The notes under the pieces were generated by a model, which did not search any database, had not been told where the DNA came from, and was given only the letters and a program-made list of their open reading frames with translations. Positions 22,982 to 36,398 of a stretch of 64,000 bases of DNA are shown piece after piece. Source of the stretch: Anthoceros angustus (Eukaryota; Plantae; Anthocerotophyta); NCBI GenBank assembly GCA_010909165.1, contig MU008158.1, positions 3,745,331-3,809,330 of the forward strand. The letters are read 5' to 3'. Positions within the stretch are counted from its first letter, which is position 1. Every line of letters begins with the position of its first letter. A program made the position numbers and the translations under genes.

Positions 22982-25900
22982 TCACACCATGGTGCTTGTG
23001 CCTGAATCGAGACCAGCTGTGGCAGCGAGAGGGAAACTGGACGTGTTGCTGTTGAAGCTCATAGATGTATTTGTCCCCAGGCTTTCGGTGTCGGACCCGT
23101 AGACGAAGCTGTCATGATCCATATTCCCTTGCTCCTTGATGGAAGAGCTGGTGAGGGCTCTTTCCAGTCCCAGCCGACGCAGTTCTTTCAGGACCTCAGT
23201 CATAGGCGGTCTGTGAACACTGCTGCGCTCCACACACCACAGCGATAAATTCACCAGCCCGGAGAAAGTGGCTGTGTCATAGTCGCCACCCAAATTCACA
23301 TCCGCCAGTTGGCCCATGTCGTCTGCTGCCCATGCACCGCGCACCTGTCATGAATACAACTGCCCTGGCTGGTCAGAAACTGACACTAGTTCAAATCAGC
23401 GCTCCTCAAAAACTGCTAGGGTTCCGTTGCTACCCAATCTACGATGAAAATGTGTTCCGAGGCCTGGCTGTGGTCCACAACAGCTCGTCCTGTAATGGTC
23501 TCCATGAGTAGCACACCATATCCGTATACGTCGCTCTTCTCCGTGAGTTTTTCAGTGACGTAGTATCTGCAGGCAAGGTAGTGAGCTAACTGGTGATTCA
23601 CTGGAAGACAAGTCTTGAGGCAGTCTCTGCTTACTCCGGATCAAGGTAGCCTGTGGTTCCTTTGACAGCGGTGGTAACATGCGTGGCACCTTCCTCCTCA
23701 AGCGTGAACAATCTAGATAGCCCGAAGTCTGCTACCTTAGAGGTCGTTCTTTCTGTCAGCAAAATGTTCTTGCTCTTGACATCTCGGTGGATGATAGCTG
23801 GACTACAACCATGATGCAGGTACTCGAGACCTGTGAGTATTTGGTCAGGGCATGCTCAAACAACAAAGGAATGGTGAACAGTGTAATTGCAGGAGCCGCA
23901 GATGTCCACAGGCAGGCAGGTAGCTGTTTTTTCTTTACCTTCCGCAACCTCCAGGATGATGCTCATTCTTTCCATCCAGGTTAGGGGATTCGCTGAAGCC
24001 ATTTTCCCTGGACAAGAATTCAGGAGAAAGTCTAGCACTAGGGAAGACACATGGAATCTTGTCTGGAGGAAAACGTTGATAGAGTCCAGCTTTACCATGA
24101 AGTCGAGTGCAAAGGTCTCCCCCTTTCATGTACTCGTAGACCAGAATTTGTTGTCTCCAGGCTTGGCAGTAACCGAGCAAGCAAACGAGGTACTTATGAT
24201 GGACCACAGACAGCAACTCAATCTGCACAGGTGCCAGGCCCGGTCAATTTGAGAGACGTGTTCCCCTTATGCAGAGCAGCACACAACAAAGCACGTCATT
24301 GTCCTGACCCCTCTCTGAAACATCCACACGATGACTTGCCTCATTGTAGAACTCTTGTTTTCCTTGACGAGACTTCGCAGATAGCACCTTCACGGCGACT
24401 TCCTGACCATCCTTCAACCGGCCATAAAAAACTGGGCCGAAACCTCCTTCTCCAATCTTCTTGTTGAAGCCTTTCGTGATCTGCCTGAGTCTAAAGAGTG
24501 AAAATGGCCTGGTCCGTGCTCCGCTGGTCTTGAGTCGTGACTGAAGCTGACGATACTGCTTGTCAAAAAGACCTGCACAACCATGATGTTTTCAATTTCT
24601 GCGCCATCAAGCCAGGAATCTCCGACAAAGTGTCATGGCTATGGATATGGGTACTCACCGTTCTTAGAAGAATGTACCAGAAAGACGGCAAAGTAGATGA
24701 CAGGCACTAAGATAATAGCAACTGCGCAAGCTCCGCCAATAATTGCACCCAGCAGCATCCGCCCTGTATGAGAACTGTGACATCCTTGGTCGTTTGAACT
24801 GCACAATCCTGCATTACCACTGTACCTGCAATACTTGAACTGCAGAAGGGTTAGAAAAAGTGGTGCAGGTTGCTCGCACGCATCCACTCATGGCACTTTG
24901 AAAACGATCAAATGCATCTTGCAGTGACTGAGCTCCTTCAGAAGACGAGTGATGTATGTCTCTACACCTGAAATTTTTGCCAAGCTTGGTTACAAGGGAC
25001 TCTGGAAAGCTACCTCCAATCCGATTGTTCGAGATATCCCTGCATCCCCCAAGCAAAGTCTCAAGAAAGCTTGCTCTGCGGAACCGACCATGCTACGTCT
25101 GGAGAGTGTGACTGGACATACAGGTATTCTAGATTGGGCAGCTGGCTCCCCAGCCATCCAGGGAATGATCCGCTGATGCTATTGTTCGAGATGTCTCTGC
25201 AAAACGCAGGTTGGCGTCATTCATGTCATGAAGTGCAGATCACAGAGGACTTACCTGTTGTTTTTCTGAATCCTGGAACTCTCCATCACCGAAATTGACA
25301 ACTTACAAGCGTGTCAACGATGTCATGGACGTGATGCTTGACGGTATTGAACCTGTTAAGTTCATGCCAGAAATATTTCTGACATACCAAGAAGAGTGAT
25401 GAAGATTAGAATGATATCCTACAAGCACAGTTTGCAAACTTTCACAGATGGAACAGGAGGCATACAAAGATGTAACTCGAATGGTGGAAGTATTGTCGGT
25501 AGCACACAGTACAGCATCCCAAGGCACAGGCAGACAGGGATCCCCAAACCAGAGATGCTGTATGCTCAACTGCGCTTTCACCTCGTCCAAAGCTTGAACT
25601 GCGTAGCAAATAACACTCCTACTCAACAGCTATCCTAGCCCACCAAAGCACAAGGCAAAGCCGTGACAGAAAGTTCTAGGGCAGAGTAGTGCATACCATC
25701 AACTCCTGAAGTTCCTAAGAGGAGTTTATCCTGTACAGTGTAGAAATCGATAGCATTGAGGAGGGGATCCAAGGTGCTAGTTGGGGCTCTCGTGAATGTG
25801 CAAGTGCTTTCTTTGTTGAAGGGTACGAATCGATTCCAACTGAATGCCTCATGGGCAGAAAATGGACGTTTCAAGTCCACTAAGTTCTCATCCAGCAAAT

Positions 25901-27157
25901 TAGAGCAGGTGAAGCTGATGATTCTATCTTGTTCCCCACTGAGATTGGAAATTTCTGTCAAGTAAAAGCTTGGGAAGGCGTCGACCAATTGCTTCGTGTG
26001 GTGAACCGTCGAGCCAGCGAGCAGTTGAGGTGTCACAGTCAAAGAGAAGGAAAACGAGGTACCAGACACAGCAGTTTGCATTACCCTCTCTGGAGGTGAG
26101 TCCCTGGTGGCAGTGGTGGTGTCCACCGGTTGGAAAGTGCTGAGGACCTCAAGATTGCCAGTCTCAGGGAAGACGGTACGATAGTCTGACCAGAAGCGGT
26201 CATATGCATCGTCGGGAAACCTGCACACAGCAGCAAAGGGACAGGGTTACAGGTGAGCTCTGGCTTCACCCTGTGTCACGGTGAGAACAATGTGCCCATC
26301 CCGTCCCAGCAATTCCCACCTGGTGAAAGGCCCTCCAAAATTCACGCGTAGAACCGAGAAATAGTAGCGATCCAACATGGGAGCACCCCCAACGTAAGCA
26401 TCACCTGGACAGACGTTTCAGGGCTTAGAATTTGCATACACCGCAAGCACTTCATAACATAGCTGACGTGGGTACATTACCTGAAGCTGGAGCTGAATAG
26501 GTGGGATAAGGGAGAGGCCTCAGCTCAAGGGTGTTTAGCAGGGGAGCAGCGGAATCGTCCACCCTGATCAAACAAAACGTCAGCTGGGGCGAAGGAATGG
26601 CTGTGATGGCCTCATAATACACGGGCTCATTCCCAGCTTTGAGCTGCACAAATGCCCAGTAGTCGTTGTCCAGGCTGATGAGAAATGAGGGGGGCCTGTT
26701 TAGCTGATCATAGTTGGCGTAAAGGAATCCAGCTCGAAATAGATAGGTTGATTTTGGAGACTCCACAGGAATTGCGTAGCAGCTTTTCACCGAGGAAACC
26801 GTAGCAGGGAAGTATTGCAGAGTCTGCAACTCCCGAGGAATGGAAGAGATGTTGGATCCTATTCTGGCTGAGAGCCCCAGAGAGTGATCAAAATTGCTCA
26901 CGCTGTCCGGTTTCCAGGCAATGCCCTCAGCGCTGGTAAACTCACCACTGCCCCCACAGTCCACGCTCACAAATTTTGCACCTAAATGGTACATGTAGAA
27001 GCAACATGTCAGCGCAACTCGTTTCCTGCTTAAAACCAAAGGCACTCGCATTTGGATGGTGCGTACCAGGCTGTGCAGATGATGTTGCAAGGGCAGCAAT
27101 AAGAATGGCAGCCAAGAAGCAGCGCTCGAAAACAATGGGGCCACCATGCGCTTGCAT
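22982..27157 (-). CDS. malectin-like domain LRR receptor-like kinase, RLK2 (RD kinase, 3 LRRs); multi-exon
   Basis: Signal peptide [17 protein letters not shown]; [43 protein letters not shown]; 3 LRR exons; TM; [43 protein letters not shown]. Start codon choice is uncertain. Confidence 0.93.
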
Positions 27158-28085
27158 TCTGAGCAGCTGGCAGATGTCAGTATCAGCTTGCATGTGCTGG
27201 CGCCCCCATCCATCGTCCCATTGCAACCAGAGACTAACAAACCTCCGTGCCAAGGTAGAAAATCACAAGACTGTCTCCTGCCCTTCCCTGCCTGCACCAT
27301 GAATGACACAGTCTGACAGCTGAAGAGGGAAAGGTGGCCGGGCCCTCTGAGATGGCAGCCATGGACATGAGGACTGCCTTGCAAGCTGTGATAATCAGGC
27401 CCTCTACGTGACAAAAGCAGGAGGATTTGAATTTGCACGTCAAGCTGGCCGTGGCACTGGCCCACTTGCTGGGGGCATACTTCACAGTAAATGCACTTGC
27501 CCGGAAAGTGAGAACACATAAGGAACGATGCCTCCTCAAGTCCTGGCAATCTCTACAGGAAACGAATGATGAGTTGGAGGCTGCAGCAAGCTGCAAAGCA
27601 AACAGTGTGCGGTGATGAGAAGATCCTGAAAAGAAGCAGCTCGGTGACCCAAAAGATGCGCATTTGCAACACCCAAGGCGCTCGCTCCTCCCCACGCCGA
27701 CTCCGTCACCGTCCTCGATTCTCCTGAAAAAAATCAGCGGATAATCTTGTTTAATCATGTATCTTGGTGGGATTAGAGTCTGTAGGCAGCTTCTCTTTGC
27801 TTTCCCGTGGGCATGCTGCGCGGCAATGGATAAATCAAATTGAATGCTAGCCTGGATACCGTGGGCACTGGACAGTCCTCGGCTGACGCGCTCCAGATTG
27901 ACTTGCAAGGACGCAGTTTGCCGTTTCCTCACTCTATTTTCATCCCAGGGCACCTTGGCTTCTTCACAATAACGTCTCACAGTTTGTTGTTTGTTACAGA
28001 CCGTTGGACACACTTGGCGCTTCTCCTGAATCTCCCTGCTGCCAGCAGAACTGAGAAAGCATTGTGACCCCGTCAGAATATAGCG

Positions 28086-31000
28086 ATGGTCCTTTTCATC
28101 TTCGCGCCGCTGCTTCTGCCCTTCCTCGTCCTCCACCTTTGTGCCGCAGCTGTTGTCCCTCGAGGTGATGTCTTCTTTCTCCACGGTGCACCCATTTCCC
28201 CCTCCTCTGCCTCTCAACTGTTGTGGGCCTGCTTGTGCAGGTTTTACAAGCATCAACTGCGGAGGCACCGTGGATTTCTGGACTCGTGATGGAGTGTACT
28301 GGAAGACCGATGCTCCAATCAAGCTGGTCCACCGCTCGGAAGGACTGGCTGCCAACATCAGCACCATTCCAGGGATTAGCCAGGAGTTGCAGTCACTCCG
28401 ATACTTCCCGGCCTCCACCTCTCCGGCCAAGAGTTGCTACATTGTGGCACCGTCGCAGGGTTCCGACACCACGGTGTCTAATGGAACAGCCTACCTGGTC
28501 CGCCTGGGATTTCTCTACGCCAACTATGACAACCTGAACAGCCCACCATCCTTTTCCGTCAGCCTGGATCGGGACCTCTGGGCCCTGGTGCAGCTCGTGT
28601 CTGGTAACGACCCTCTCTACATTGAGACCATCGTTTTCCTCACATCCCCCACCATAGCACTCTGTCTCATCAGGCTCACAGATACCCAAGCACCTCTTGT
28701 CAACTCCATCGAGCTTCGAGCTCTCCCATACGCATGGTATCCAGATCTTTACGGCACTCAGCTCCTACACCTGCACATGCGAGTGAACTTTGGAGGACCA
28801 TCGATGAGGTAATACAGCCTCCACGGTAGGCTTATGGCTATCTGTCTTCAAGGATTGGGCTGCATTCTGCTTAAACCATGTGTCTGTTTGCTGTGCAGAT
28901 TTCCTGTGGACCAATATGATCGGAATTGGTCTAACTACTTAGATCTTTTCCCAAATCTGACAGATGTGGAGGTTGTGCAAACTCCTGCACTCGTGGATGT
29001 AGGTACTAGTGAACATGCACCACCTGTAGAAGTGCTGAGGACGGCGATCACAAATCCTAATTTCTCGTTCAACTTCACATCGATTCCAAGGTTTTTGGTG
29101 AACAGACTAGATGGAGATGCACCATCTTACAAAAGTTACCCTGTCTTTTATTTTGTAGATTACGCATTGGCAGGGCAAGGCACAGAAATTAGGCAATTTA
29201 GGATGAAATGCTCCAACATATTTGACCCCATAGCTATGAATTTAAGCTCGGTTCCTCCTTTAACCACAATGGAGATAGACGTAGCTGATGTCATTGGTAC
29301 ATATCCAAGAGTCAATTCTTCAAGTTCTACTACGTGTCACCTATATCAAGATCCTCAGTCCATCTATATGTTGAATCCAATTATTAGTGCAGCAGAATTT
29401 TTTATACTTCAGGATAAAACGTTTGCTGCCACCTCTAATAATGATGGTATGTTGTGAATTTTTGTACGTTTAATGCATTCGTGATTAATTGATTTTTTAT
29501 TGTTGATTATCTTATGATCTCATGTGACTTTGTTATGTGCAGTTTATGCATTGAACGGACTAAGCAAGGAATTAGATTTCGAACAACTCTGGCTTGGGGA
29601 CCCTTGTTTACCTGTACCATGGAAAGCTCTTGTATGTAATGCGATATCATCGACCAATTTTCAAGTTAATATCTTGTAAGTGTTTTGAAAAGAAACTAAC
29701 ATTGAAACTCTTACCATATATGTTTTACATTCATTGATTTGGTTTGTTTACCATGTGTGCAGAGATCTGTCAAGAATGAATCTCAGCGGACCTATACCAT
29801 CAAACATCTCGTTATTGGTTGCTTTGACTTCCTTGTGAGTTTAATAAATTCATATTTCTATTTCATTCTCTATTCGACAATCATTTCTCATTTCTTTTTT
29901 TGTATGAATTCTTCATGTTCAATTCTCTATTTGCATGTTCTTGTTTTCTTTGGTTCGTAACATGTGCTCCCTCTTGTCATTGTACAACGTACTATATAAC
30001 TCTATGATACATTGATGTTTTCTTAGAAATCTGTCCTACAATCATTTCAATGGTTCTCTACCAGATTGGTTGAGTAGCTTGACTCAACTCACTTTTTTGT
30101 AAGTAAATATATCTCAATCTAGTTCGTTGTTTGTGGTCTCTTACTTCTTTTGGTTCTTAACATGTGTTCCTAAAATCCTTTATAAATGTTTCTTGGTTCA
30201 GAGATGTTTCTAACAACCAACTCCAAGGCACGGTTCCACCTTCATTAGTTATGAGATTGGGTAATAACTTCAGGTATATTATTTTTGAATTACTTTGCAT
30301 TCTATTTTAGGAAGAACATGCTATGGTATTCTAACGATGTTTTTGGTATTGCTTTAGATACAATGGAAATGATGGTTTACTTTATAAGAGCCACAAAAAG
30401 TTCAACAAATTAATCCTAATTATTGCTACCTTCTCGTGCCTTGTTATGATAATTTGTATCATATTAGTTTTATTGGGATATAAGGTGGTCCTATCGAACT
30501 CTTCGACAAATGGTGAGCATATTTCTTTTAATAAGTCATTTTCACTTTATAAGGAGCAATTGGTAATTACAGTTGTGAGTAGAAACAATGAATAGGTAGT
30601 GTATTGCTGATTGCCAAAATATACTCAGCTGGAGGTGAATATGTGCAGGCTTTTTCGACAAGGAATATAGAGAGCTTCAAAGGAGGTTACAAAGTCAGGG
30701 AGCGAAAGCTCAACCCTTTTCGCTTACCAAAATCAAGCGCGCCACAAACAATTTTGAGAAGAAGATTGGCGAAGGTGGTTTTGGACCAGTTTATCATGGC
30801 ACACTTGAAGACGGACAAGAAGTTGCAGTGAAAGTTTTGTCAACAAAGTCTAGTCAAGGTCGACGTGAATTTTGCAACGAGGCAAGTATTGAGTGCTGCA
30901 TAGTTTAACTGTAGCTGAAGAGGGACCCTGCGAATTCAGAGAGTGGCCTTTTTGACAAATCATTGTCCGGCAGGTTGAGCTGTTATCTACAGTCCATCAC

Positions 31001-32448
31001 AGACATTTGGTCTCCCTACTTGGGTATTGCCAAGTCTTTGGAGATCAGATTCTTGTTTACGAGTACATGAAAGGAGGAGATGTCTATGACAGGCTTCACG
31101 GTAGGCACTGGTAGTCTCTACACGACTAAAGCTGGTAACTGACTTCACTTGTTCCCAGGACACCAGTTCAGTAATGTGTCCCTTGCAGGAAAGACAGCAT
31201 CGGCAAATCCACTTGCCTGGTCGGAAAGGAAAAGCATTATCATAGAAGTAGCAGAAGGTAAGGAAGGTTGATCAAACTGCACCTGCATTGCTGCCGTCGG
31301 TTTCGTCATGCTGAAGTCCGTGATCCTCACCTTTGAGCAGCTCTTGAGTATCTCCACCAGGGGTGCAATTTGTGCATCATTCATCGGGATGTGAAGAGCA
31401 AAAACGTCCTCCTTTCGGAAACAACGAAAGCAAAAGTGGCAGATTTTGGACTCTCAAGGCTTAAGTCCACGGAAGAGCAGGAGGCCACCCACATCACGAC
31501 AACAGTGAAAGGCACCACCGGTTATCTTGATCCCGAGTAGGAGATCTCAGCCCTGCTTAAGTATCCTCTCCACATGTGCCCTTACCAAAAGTTTGCTGGC
31601 CTTCATCCTGACGGCAATTCTATGTTGCAGGTATTACGTTACCAAGAAGCTCACAGAGAAGAGTGATGTGTATGGCTTCGGTATCCTTATGATGGAGATA
31701 ATATGCGGCAGAGCTCCAGTTATTCGCAGCCTCCCAATAGAGCAGATGTATATTGCTGATTCTGTAAGATAAGCTCCTCTTCAGCCAGTCGACATTTCTG
31801 TCTTGATGAGCTGCAAAGCACATGGAAAGCACGCTGACAAGGATTTCGGTTGTGCATCAGGTACGGACAGCTTGGAAGGCTAAAGCCCTGGAAGACATAG
31901 TCGACCCCAACCTGCAGGGCAACTTTGAGGACGAGACCTTGTACAATCTTGTCAACCTGGCTCTGTGGTGTGTAGAGCATACCAGTAAACGAAGACCCTC
32001 CATGACAGAAGTGGTACAGGAGCTACGCCAGTTTGGTCTAGAGCCATCAGCGTCCTTGAGCTGGAGCATGAGAAATATGAAGATTTGCAGTTGTGGACAG
32101 TTTGGATGTGACAACGAGGATCATCATCCGTTCTCCAGCAGTGACTCCGAGTCCTCCATCTCGGAGGTCTCCATTCAGCTCAGTATCCGCCAAGATGAGG
32201 AGGCCTCTCCTGACGGTGAAATTTCATCCCTCCGATTGAGTAACCCTACCCAGGCAACCATCGAGAGCACCAGCAGCAACACTCTGATCACAACAGCGAG
32301 TGTTAAAGAGGACGCTCAGGATTCAGTCTGCAGCGAGGCCGTGGAATGCAACCTTGAGGAAGCTAAGCACATAGGTGGAAAGTCGATTTGGAGGACACTG
32401 GTGAACCGGACAGCCCAAATTTTCCACAAAAAACGAGAATCGCAATGA
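28086..32448 (+). CDS. malectin-like domain LRR receptor-like kinase, RLK3 (RD kinase, 3 LRRs, long S/acidic tail); multi-exon
   Basis: Signal peptide; [44 protein letters not shown]; 3 LRR exons; TM; [45 protein letters not shown]. Confidence 0.93.
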
Positions 32449-32659
32449 GAGAGGGACTTTACCTTGTCGAAGTCCGCTACAACCGCGATTCTCCCCTCAC
32501 AGCAGATACACGACAAGATTAGAACCTTCTTCGGGAGCCCTTTCACGACAACCGTATACATACCTCCCCCACTTCTGCGTTTGAAAACAGGAGACAGGTT
32601 CTGAGCAGATTGTTTTACTCAGCGTGCGTTTACTCAGAGTATCAGGAACAGTGTGTGTC

Positions 32660-33165
32660 CAAACGCCAAAAGGCGACAGAAGTAAGCTCACTGGAGGATT
32701 TCCAAGCTGGTTGAACAGTTTTTCCACCCTCACAGTATTGTGAGAGTCTGGATCGTGTAACCTACTGGGTTTTCTACTGCGCAATCTGCTCCGCGATTGA
32801 CAGATACAACTCCTGCTTGTACAGATGCCTCAAACAATGACTATCAGGCACCTATCTCAAGCACTGGTCAAGATCCTCGGTAAGAACTATAGGTACTTCG
32901 ACCCCAGCTTTTGGGTCGTCACAGGAGGTGGCTGCTACAGTGATTTGCTATTGTGATGTGCATTCAGCTATTGTGTTTCAGACTCGTGTCTCCTCAGGTA
33001 TTTCGGAAACAGCAGGCCATGCAGCTCAGAGGACCCGAAATGCTCAGAGAAACAGACATTGAAGGCCCCACTTTGGAGGACGTGGGTGAAGTAGTCATTC
33101 TAGTAATTATTTTGAGTCCCGTCATCTACATAACTTTGCCGTCAAATTCTTCTACAAATGGTAAG
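32660..33165 (+). pseudogene. orphan relic of an MLD-LRR-RLK: two LRR exons plus the TM exon
   Basis: KLTGGFPSWLNSFSTLTVL|, DASNN...ALVKILGKNYR| and YFGNSRPCSSEDPKC...VILVIILSPVIYITLPSNSSTNG| with GT-AG junctions. These parallel the RLK2/RLK3 exons and are frameshifted. Confidence 0.75.
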
Positions 33166-33470
33166 GACTGGCGGACGTTTGTGTTTCATTTCCTTTCACA
33201 TGGCAAGGAATGGGCTCTCAGTATGGTGTACGGAATGCTGAGTTTTAAAAAAATCTGTCTAGAACATGTGGTCCCACCATTGGGAGTGCCCCAAGTATTA
33301 AAATGGTTTTTTCAAATCATCCTCCTGCCTACGTACCAAATACACACATGTTAGGTTAGGGGTGCATTAGGGTTTGATGGCCAGCGTTGACCTTGTTAAC
33401 ACATGGACATGCTGACATATTGACAATGCAAGAAGATGAAGAAGAATTTTATTTCAGCAAGGGTTGCTTG

Positions 33471-34145
33471 TATGGCATACCAAAGAGGACATAGGGGATG
33501 GGGCATTAAGCATCTTGAAGAATATACCCCTGAAGGTATAAAGGTGCACCCTCACAACACATGCTGAAATGTCCCGCTTTGGCGCCCTAACCAAGAGCGG
33601 CCAAGCACCAAAGGAGACACAACTCTTTCTCTTCCAAACGTGTGTGTGCTTGAAAATGTTTCAATCCTTGCAACTTGAAAACAAAGAGGCACTGTGGTTT
33701 GACAAACCTCGACGCCTGCCTGCCTCGCCCTTGGTCGTCCCACCCAGTGTGCGTGCCTCGCCCCTACCTGCCCCGCCCAGCCTGCGTTCCTCGCCCCCGC
33801 CCCAAATCCTGCTCCCACATTGCTAGAAGACGAACCCTAAAAACGGCCACTGCAAAATGGCCGCGGTGGCTTGCCGCAGCCACGTGGCGCACGCCTAAAC
33901 TCGAACACAACGTCTGAAAATAAATTTCCTTGTTGCGTGTGCACGAAGAAACCATATTGCGGAAAAAAAAGGGAGTTCCGTTTGTGTGTACCAGTGCTCG
34001 CGAAGTGGCCGTTTTGGTGCATCCGCTTTGGGCTACCTCATTTCGGCTGGATTACCAAACCGGACACAAGAAAGCTGTGTGGTACAAAGAAAAGTTTTGC
34101 AAGCGAAAATAGTGCCCCGTCCCCTCTGTCCTTTGGTATGCCATA
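33471..34145. mobile_element. putative non-autonomous TIR element (MITE-like, 675 bp)
   Basis: 33471-33505 TATGGCATACCAAAGAGGACATAGGGGATGGGGCA is the near reverse complement of 34113-34145. CTTG flanks both sides. No coding capacity was recognised. Confidence 0.5.
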
Positions 34146-36398
34146 CTTGGTACACCATGCCTGAGGATATTGAAGGCTGTTGCAGGTCTACTTGATAGGG
34201 ATTACCAGAAGCTTCAGGCGCGAGGGACAGAGCTTAGCCTCTTTGCCTAGTTGAAGTCTGAAAGGCAACCAAAAAGGTTCCTCAAATCCTCCTCCTGGCG
34301 TACCGAATGCAAAGATCTCAAAATATTTCTACACAATGGGTTAGGGTTGCATTAGGGTTTATATTTTCGTTATTAACCTTGTTTGGTCATGTTCTATGTT
34401 GAACAAAAGTCAGCTTCGGGACGTCTTAAGTCAATTATGGGCACCTGCGTACTTCAAATGTCGGGAATCACATGACATATTTTGTATTCAACGCCCGTGT
34501 TGATGGCTCCTATGTGAAATTCCTAAACCATAAACCCACCGTGTGAACACGACAAATTTGAAGTTAGATCCCAAAAAACAAAATTCAAAAGCGGTAGGCG
34601 AGGTAGGCTAGGCACGCGGAACGCGCACTTGAACTTGAACCGTGGAAAGAAACCTTGCACACCATATGAAACTGTATAATAAAAATTCATAAATATTTAA
34701 TATCAATTGATAAAAAGATTTACAGACTTATCGGAAATAGAGACTACATAAAAAACTTTATCGGTGCACCGGGTACACCATAGGTACGCACAGCAGCCGG
34801 CACCATCACCTTCAACAACTATGACTTAAAACAGAGCAAGTGGGCCATCCGGTAGCGCCTCCTCATCTCACAAGGCAGCGTAGGTGACCACCCACTTTGC
34901 GCACTTGGCCACCCATGAGATGCAACCACAACAGAAAGCAATAGTAGTGGACTGTCAGCCAACTCACGTACAATCTTTGCTCCTTTTCGCCATGCATGAC
35001 ATTCCATGCAGAGCACGGTACATGGACGGCTGTATGTACCTATGTACCGTCAGTCAAGACGGAGTGCCATTGCCAAGGATAAGGATGCTGGAGCCTGGAA
35101 CCCCTGATACGAGGGTCCTGATTATAGCAAGTCACTTCACCATCACCACTTGCAACTAGAATGTCTGGGGCAGATTCTCGTCGTCTTTGCAGAATCACAC
35201 TGTTTCTCATCAGACTAGAAAAATCTGCATGGGGAAAGCAAACCTGTCCTGTCCGAGATGACACATCCTATCAGGTATTCCAGATATGGAGACGTGACAG
35301 CAAGTGGAACACACAACAACACAGTCCTCTGTTGGCCCTACACGGTGGTCGCTGTTGATACTGTACGTTGCCCTTACTGTTGCTTGTTGCTGTATCCAGT
35401 TCTGAGCACCACCACCTCAGCTGGTCCTTTTATGTGGTAGCCCTGATGAGCCCACCAAAGCCAATGCTGCAACGGTGAGCAGCATGTCCCACAACAACCA
35501 TCCACCACTGTGCTGTAGAATCCGAGGCTTCCAGACCAGCAAGCTGCTACGGGACAAGAATCAACAAAGCATCATCGAAGCACTGATGAAACCAGTGCAA
35601 CAACCAGCCGCAGCAGCAAGAGCACATTCTGTCCGTTTGATGTGATGTCCACGTGGAGCATCTCCTTTCTTCAGCACCGGCTACGGCGTCCCTGACTCTC
35701 GCATGAAGACATTTGCCACCTCCAATATCCATCACCACCAACCAAGTTAGCCAAGATAGGGTTGGTGTCCTCAACAAGAAGTGGGCCAGGGCTTAATGGA
35801 ACAAATGCCAAGCAAGGCCTCTCTGCCAATCGGCTCTTGGCTGCCTTGCAAACAGCGGAAATCACGGTCCCAGATGCAGACACAGGCTGCACGGAATGTG
35901 TACTTCCATCTTGGCTACAGATACTTTAGTACAAGAAGACCCTGGAAGGTCAGCCGTAGAGCTTCTTCGTTTTACTAAGAGCATCTTCGTCAAGTTGACT
36001 GCACCAGCATTCTAAGTCCTCAATCAAGAACACATCCTACATGAAAGAGCAGCCAAAATATGACATTCAGCAGATGAGGCAGCTGCAGAAATTACATCAC
36101 ACAAAACTTTGACGAGCAGTAGTCCTGACTGTGGAAGCCCATAAAGGGCAGATGAATTGAGGTCCTGGCATTTGCCAGGACTTGAAAGGACGCCATGCTG
36201 CTAGCACCACGTATTTGTGGTGCTGCACATCACAAGACAGCAACCTCCACAGAGACGTGGCTGCCATTCTAACAAACCACCCATCCTCAGGAGGAGGCTG
36301 CAACCCTTGCGTATGATAACCCCAAATCACACATTTCTAGAATGGCAGAATATTTGCTTGCCAAACAAATCTCTGAGACTGTATGCTGTACAAAGAGC

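Noticed and set aside
27234-28430. 398-aa minus-strand ORF between RLK2 and RLK3
   Set aside because: It overlaps RLK3 exons antisense and the shared promoter, with no motifs; probably a chance ORF.
22982-32448. RLK2/RLK3 as SYMRK orthologs (malectin + GDPC + 3 LRRs)
   Set aside because: The activation segment is DFGLSR...TH(V/I)TT.VKGT, the generic LRR-I type, not the SYMRK-like DFGFSKYAPQEGDS...LEVRGT. A phylogeny is needed.
33350-33380. Interstitial telomeric repeat
   Set aside because: Only two non-tandem TTAGGG motifs, part of a local repeat.
34800-36050. Possible small spliced gene on the minus strand
   Set aside because: Some splice-like signals, but no coherent frame or known motif could be assembled.
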